Origin: Schizochytrium sp. TIO01
Taxonomy: Eukaryota; Protista; Bigyra: Labyrinthulomycetes
Direction: 5' to 3'
Length of the DNA: 64,000 nt
NCBI GenBank assembly: GCA_004764695.1
Contig: SMSO01000035.1
Location: 3,236,040-3,300,039 of the forward strand
A program made the translations under genes and the position numbers. Shown here piece after piece: positions 58,817 to 64,000 of this stretch (position 1 is its first letter; each line of letters starts with the position of its first letter). The notes below the pieces were generated by a model. It saw nothing but the letters and a program-made list of their open reading frames with translations. It made no database searches and was not told the origin of the DNA.

Positions 58817-61398
58817 ATGAAGAGGTCCCAGCAACATCATGGTGGGTCTTCAAATCGTGGGGGGCGACGTGGAATGCGGATTGTCGCCTCCAATGAAGGA
58901 GAATCTAGAAACAATGGATGCTGGGGTTCTTTCAAAGCATTACTTCACGAACATGGGATCGTGGCTTGCGTTATTCTTTTTCTCATTATTTGCATTGCGA
59001 TTGGTGCGTCTGTAGGTGTTAGTGCCGCATCTTCAATTACATCTTCAGATGCCTATTCAGCGTACTATGATGGTGAGTATCTATCGGGGTACAGTGAGTC
59101 TAATGAATATTCAAATGGTGCAGATGATACATATTCATCTGGTTCAACTGGTAGTAGTAGCAGCAGCAGCAGCAGTGGCTCTGCATACTCAAGCGCATAT
59201 GCATCATCTGGTGGAGCATATAGCTCAGGTGAGAGCAGTCGCAGGCGCCTCGGTGGTCTAGGGCGTCGACTAAGCATTTTGAATGAAGAAAACCCCACCA
59301 AAGGTGACGATAACACATTGACTCGTGGTCTTGACGGATCAAGACGTAATTTACAAACATCTGAGGTTCTTTCTAACTCAACGACTAATGATGATGAAGA
59401 AGACGATGAAGAAGACGACGAAGAAGACGATGAAGAAGACGACGAAGAAGACGATGAAGAAGACGACGAAGAAGACGATGAAGAAGACTCCGAAGAAGAC
59501 GATGAAGAAGACGACGAAGCAGACGACGAAGAAGACGATGAAGAAGACTCCGAAGAATACTCCGAAGAAGACGACGAAGAAGACGATGAAGAAGACTCCG
59601 AAGAATACTCCGAAGAAGACGACGAAGAAGACGACGAAGAAGACGATGAAGAAGACTCCGAAGAATACTCCGAAGAAGACGACGATGAAGACTATGAAAG
59701 TGACGAGGAGGACTATAGTTCTTTTGATGTTACAACAGCAATCGAGCAAGCGACAAGTGATGAGTCAACAAACCCAACGACTTATCCAACCAAGGCACCA
59801 GTTTTACCCACATCTAATCCTACTTACATGCCATCTGAAGCACCCACAACCCTCACTGTGCCAACACAGGCTCCAATTACCTCTCCACAGACAATGACAA
59901 ACAAACAAACATATACAGTTGAAGCAACTCTTAAAAATACTCTAAAGGAGCTTGGCTATAATCCAGCACAATCATGGGGGCCCTTTGATGAATCAAACTT
60001 TGGGTATTCATCCAGCTCTAATATAGGATACCTACGCACACTTATTGCAGATTTTAGAGACAAGACACTACCCCTTGCTGGAATCAATCCAGAGGACACT
60101 GGAACGAATTTCATTGACGATGACGAGTATCAAGCTTTGTTTCTAAGCAAATTTCACACATGGTCCAATGGGACTTATAGCATAGAATTAAATGGCGACG
60201 TTGGAATCCAACGAGTTCAAAGTAAATACAAGTATGCAAAGAGGCCATCATGTAGCAAAATTAGAAAACGAGTTGTATACCGCGCAAAGCGTGGTGATAG
60301 TTCGTTGAAGATTAATGATAAAACAAATCACTACGTTGGTGTCATGTGCTTCAACGGCGACGAAAGTGGAAGTTATATTCAACTTGCAAACAGTAGCATG
60401 ACAACGTATGCTTATGAATACGCACAGAAGGCGTTGGGCTGGGCAGATTCCAGTACATTTCAACGATTGCAGACTAAAGAATGGGGATATGTTGCCAAAT
60501 ACGGTGATTTATTGACTAGTAGTGGCGGAGTTCAAGTTTACCCCCGACGCGACATCATGGGGCCCGAAGGGTTTCTACCGATGCAGAAATATGCATTTGG
60601 GTGGCTCGGTGAGTCATCCTTCATGAATCTTGTTCCGGGCGTTACATATAGACTTCGCACACTTCGTGAAGGAACACTTACGAATAGTACATATCCATCT
60701 GCTCTTGTTTGGAAGGATCGTGTTTATGATTCAGAAGTGTGGTTCTCGTTTTATCAGTCAGATGGTGTGTTCGACACAGATTACGAGGACTTGGAAGGAA
60801 GCAATGCACATGGCAATGGATTGGGATTCGCATACCACATTCCAACGACTCAACGCACGGGAAGTCTCCGCGTTGGAACATTTGGCCGCTCCTTCACTCA
60901 TCACAGTGGTCTTGTGTTTACACAGTAAGTTCGACTGAAGACTATGTTGATGTCAAGGTGACATATACAAGGGCTCTTCAAACAACTTGGATCCCAACAT
61001 TCAACATAGTGGCTACAAAAACCCAATCTGGCACCAGTTCTCGCTACTCGAAGACCCGTGTGAAATTGGACCTCGAGAGAACATTTGACGAAACGGAGAC
61101 CTACCCATTTTCAATTACTCGTAATATGACAGTGACTTGTGATTGGGGTTCGTTCAGTAATGGCCTTGCTGAAGCAACTAATATTGTCACTATCGCGCCA
61201 CAAGTTAAGCCAATTGGAAGTGTAAACACACTGGGTCAAACGAGGTTTACGAGTAACCTCGAGACAATGAGTGCTTACGTAGATGTTAAGTTTAAGGCAA
61301 AGCGTAAACTCACCACAGCTGAGAAGAACGCAACCTATGATTGCGTTGTGAATGTCGGGCGTTTTCTTTCTTATAATATCAGCATTCCATTCAAGTAA
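58817..61398 (+). CDS. Paralogous type II membrane M11-like protein lacking the zinc ligands, with an acidic DDEE repeat and a 1-nt frameshift at about 60921
   Basis: Colinear with the previous gene (GYLRTL..DF.D, IQLAN, YGD, GPEG, FGW, NLVPG.TYRLRT, NAHG.G.GF). HEYGH is replaced by YEYAQ. The gene continues in the frame of ORF 60739-61398. Confidence 0.75.
59388..59712 (+). repeat. 12-bp coding tandem repeat (gaagacgatgaa variants) encoding (DDEE/DSEE/YSEE)n
   Basis: Read directly from DNA and translation. Confidence 0.92.
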
Positions 61399-61425
61399 AA
61401 TAAAAAAAAAATATGGATTTTGTTT

Positions 61426-62730
61426 TCATTGATCATCTAATTGAAGATCACCGAGCAGTTTTTGTACTGTACTCTGATCTTGAATTTTAAATTCATCATT
61501 CTTATTTGACGCACTTCCGGAGACTTGATTATACAAATCTGTAATTCTTGTAACAAGTTTTAGAGCATCTTCACGCGTAGGAGCAGTATAAAAGCCCATA
61601 AAATGTGCTCTCTGGCTCATAGAGGAATCGTTTGAATGAAACACGATTGGCTTTCTAAGACCACCAGACTGTGTGGACATAGAATATAATCTTGATAACT
61701 GATCCTGCAAAATGTTTGATTGCATATCTGCATGAGTACCACCACTCGCTGTATCTAGGAATAGCACAACCAGCTTGATTTCAGGGTCATGCATGAGACG
61801 TTTGATGTGAGGAATAACAATTGGATAGACAGGATCAAACAAAGTATAGTCATGCCAGTAAGGACCAGGATTTCGGAGGATCTCGTCTGAATCAACATAA
61901 ATATACGCAACAGAAGATAATTGATTTTCAGAGCGTCTCCAGTCCCTAACGATCAAAGCATCTAATTTTTCAGAACGATGCAATATCGCATTTCGTAATG
62001 AACGAGGGATGCTTGTAGTGTCACAAAGCACAAGACGCAATTGGTTAGGACACCTAGGTTTCTTTCGCCCAAGTCTTGGAATTTGCTCTAAAATAGCACC
62101 GCATGTTTTTGACAAGTCTATATCATCAATATGTTGCACAATCGGTCTTTTAACTAGCACGTCAGTTGATTTGTTGCACATTTCAAGGGCTTGCATTTTG
62201 GCAACTGCTGGTAAAAGCGCGTGGTCGCGAATTTCAAACTCAAAGTCATATCCGCGTTCATCACTTTGGCCTTCATTAACATCTCCGTCACCGTCATCAT
62301 CAACAACAACTTGTTCGTTAATCTCTGCTTCGGTGTCGAACAAATCCTTAATTGCAGAGCAGCCCCTCTCCCCCTTATTGAAACCGACATGTGTAACATA
62401 TCCAGTGCCACTGCACTTGATGTACTGCAGGTTGTACTTGGTGAAAAGTTGCAAACCTTCATAGATCATGTTTGCAAACATATCACGCTCCTCGGTGTTG
62501 TTCACTCCAAACAAAAAATCAGTCTTCAAATTTTGCAAAGTTTCGTTTTTATTTTCCACATGATCGTACGAAACAATCAAATCCACCATACGATGTTGCG
62601 GCATTTCACCAATTTGTGCTTCCATATAATCATAAATACCATCCGTTCTTGTTATAAAAAAAGAGTAGAATCCAGGTAGCTCGCCAACGAGCGGGATGTT
62701 GACGTTCTTATAGCATTCATACCCCATCAT
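61426..62730 (-). CDS. Hypothetical 434-aa protein; C-terminal half weakly resembles the flavodoxin-like CoA-ligase domain (succinyl-CoA synthetase/ATP-citrate lyase)
   Basis: Long ORF; LMHDPEIKLVVLFL...KPIVF...GFYTAPTREDALKLV pattern. The domain call is tentative. Confidence 0.6.
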   Translation of the reverse strand: MMGYECYKNVNIPLVGELPGFYSFFITRTDGIYDYMEAQIGEMPQHRMVDLIVSYDHVENKNETLQNLKTDFLFGVNNTEERDMFANMIYEGLQLFTKYNLQYIKCSGTGYVTHVGFNKGERGCSAIKDLFDTEAEINEQVVVDDDGDGDVNEGQSDERGYDFEFEIRDHALLPAVAKMQALEMCNKSTDVLVKRPIVQHIDDIDLSKTCGAILEQIPRLGRKKPRCPNQLRLVLCDTTSIPRSLRNAILHRSEKLDALIVRDWRRSENQLSSVAYIYVDSDEILRNPGPYWHDYTLFDPVYPIVIPHIKRLMHDPEIKLVVLFLDTASGGTHADMQSNILQDQLSRLYSMSTQSGGLRKPIVFHSNDSSMSQRAHFMGFYTAPTREDALKLVTRITDLYNQVSGSASNKNDEFKIQDQSTVQKLLGDLQLDDQ

Positions 62731-62866
62731 TTGCCTTTAAAACAAAATGTATGTGATAAGTACGTCTCTCAAGTTATTTTCCTGGGGGGTCCAAATTAGG
62801 TGTTTGCTGAGTAGTTGAGTCATATGTAAAAAAATCAATGCGTAATCCGAGGTGTGATACATAAAA

Positions 62867-63439
62867 ATGGTTGAATTAAGTTCTACACGAGTCATCCTAA
62901 TTTCACTCCTGTCTCTAGTTACGCAAAATATGACAGTCTTGGCACCTTGGTTAAAGACATCGACATACCAGGGAGGGTCAAGTGAGGCTCTATATAATAT
63001 TGGTCATATTTTCGCTTACTGGGATACAAGCGATACTTCAGTTCTCCAGTACCGTGTAACACTAGCATTTATCATCATGGCATCAATTTTTTCCACCATG
63101 GCATTTCTTTTTCAAATTTTAGAGGCCACTGGGAAGTTGCCAATGGGATCCGTGATTGCTATGCTGATTAACGCTTGCCAATGTCTGTGTGATATCATTG
63201 GATTTTCGATTTTCGCGTCACTTCTCGTGGAGCACTTTGATTCGTACACAGATGCGCCATATCATCCAGCTGGTATGACTCTGTTAGCAATAGCAACCTT
63301 TTCATCATTTCTCGTAGTATGTGAATATATATTTCGTAATTGCTGTGGTCGCTGTCGCTCTGTTTCTTTCTCGGAACCCAACACGAAAGCGCTGTCAATG
63401 TATGGAACTGGTAATCCGCAACAATCGTTTCCATATTAA
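62867..63439 (+). CDS. Four-TM claudin/PMP22/amastin-like membrane protein
   Basis: Four hydrophobic helices; TM1 followed by PW and IG.I motif; ...AG.TLLAIA in TM4; Cys-rich cytosolic tail. Confidence 0.6.
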   Translation: MVELSSTRVILISLLSLVTQNMTVLAPWLKTSTYQGGSSEALYNIGHIFAYWDTSDTSVLQYRVTLAFIIMASIFSTMAFLFQILEATGKLPMGSVIAMLINACQCLCDIIGFSIFASLLVEHFDSYTDAPYHPAGMTLLAIATFSSFLVVCEYIFRNCCGRCRSVSFSEPNTKALSMYGTGNPQQSFPY

Positions 63440-63683
63440 TTTATTATTTTTAAAAAAATAATAATAATATCAATGTTACTAAAAAGTTTATAAATCGAAC
63501 GTTCAAGGAACTCTCTAACTTCAACGACACAAGAACGTTCTTGGAATGATTATGTACCGGTCTTGTATCGTTCAGGATAAAGGGAAAAATCGAAAGTTTT
63601 AATGGAAATAAGTAGGACAAGTAAAACCTGAATATCACCTGAAGACCATCGGTGCATATTGCTCCAAGTTGCAATTACATTCT

Positions 63684-64000
63684 ATGATGACATCAGACAT
63701 TCCACAGACTGCTCCTAAGTCCTACCCCGCATCCTTCAAAGGCACGCGTAATTTCGTACCTGAGGTGCACCAAGGGTCCTCCGGCCTTGAAATCTGTCGC
63801 AGGTATGGAAAGCCAACCTTTGCCATGGATATAAGAAACGGATGTGGTGCCAAGAGGTTTTTTGCTTCAGGCTATTGGCATTTTGTACACTTTTGGTACG
63901 CAGACAGAGTGAAAAACTACCCCAATAAACCGCCATCAATCCATGAAATTTTAGATTCGTCTAAACCCTCACGAATTTACTTTGATGTCGATTATAAATT
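63684..64000 (+). CDS. 5' part of an archaeo-eukaryotic primase (PrimPol / NCLDV-herpesvirus-type AEP), truncated by the window end
   Basis: Manual translation from ATG 63684 is open to the window end: ...TFAMDIRNGCGAKRFFASGYWHFVHFWY...SIHEILDSSKPSRIYFDVDYK. This matches the AEP motif I pattern FA.e...G.r.y....y..F...hEvI....pc+lYFDlD/E. Confidence 0.75.
   Translation, partial: MMTSDIPQTAPKSYPASFKGTRNFVPEVHQGSSGLEICRRYGKPTFAMDIRNGCGAKRFFASGYWHFVHFWYADRVKNYPNKPPSIHEILDSSKPSRIYFDVDYK

Larger units (their letters stand above)
48490..64000. mobile_element. Left end of a putative endogenous large DNA virus or virus-like element (continues past the window)
   Basis: Switch to AT-richer, intronless, closely packed genes; boundary tandem array; ORFan and surface genes; AEP primase. 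No capsid or integrase seen here. Confidence 0.65.

Noticed and set aside
59325-59897. KKT-repeat ORF and the antisense Phe/Val-rich ORF (59378-59749)
   Set aside because: Alternate-frame readings of the 12-bp DDEE repeat
60925-60940. GTAAGT as an intron donor repairing the second protease frameshift
   Set aside because: Paralog homology runs straight through this sequence, and the nearest usable AG would give only a 16-nt intron

Overview
This is eukaryotic DNA. GT-AG introns, long microsatellite-rich spacers, mostly intronless genes and a flagellar STPG protein fit a flagellated protist, possibly a thraustochytrid-like stramenopile (inference only). The window has two parts. (1) About 1-48.4 kb is host chromosome. 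It carries RUVBL1 and TAF7 (both spliced), ECD/SGT1, a BRO1-like/F-type-lectin protein, BCCIP, an STPG protein, a long HPPD-like enzyme, DsbA/FrnE, a RING E3, an NPHP3/TEP1-like DUF4062-NACHT-TPR protein and an AGC kinase. Most notably, it also carries a RIG-I/Dicer-type DECH helicase fused to an upstream CHAT (caspase-like) domain. (2) About 48.5-64 kb is an AT-richer, intronless, tightly packed island that opens with a 41-bp tandem array. It encodes a PD-(D/E)xK nuclease-kinase fusion and a run of surface proteins: two PAN/apple proteins, an apparently dead sialate O-acetylesterase, an intact-site and dead-site pair of M11 metalloproteases that are both frameshifted, and a claudin-like protein. 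At the window edge is the N-terminus of an AEP/PrimPol-type primase that the ORF track missed. The island is best read as the left end of an endogenous large DNA virus or virus-like element. No capsid or integrase gene is visible in the window. All family assignments come from motif recognition by eye, not database searches.
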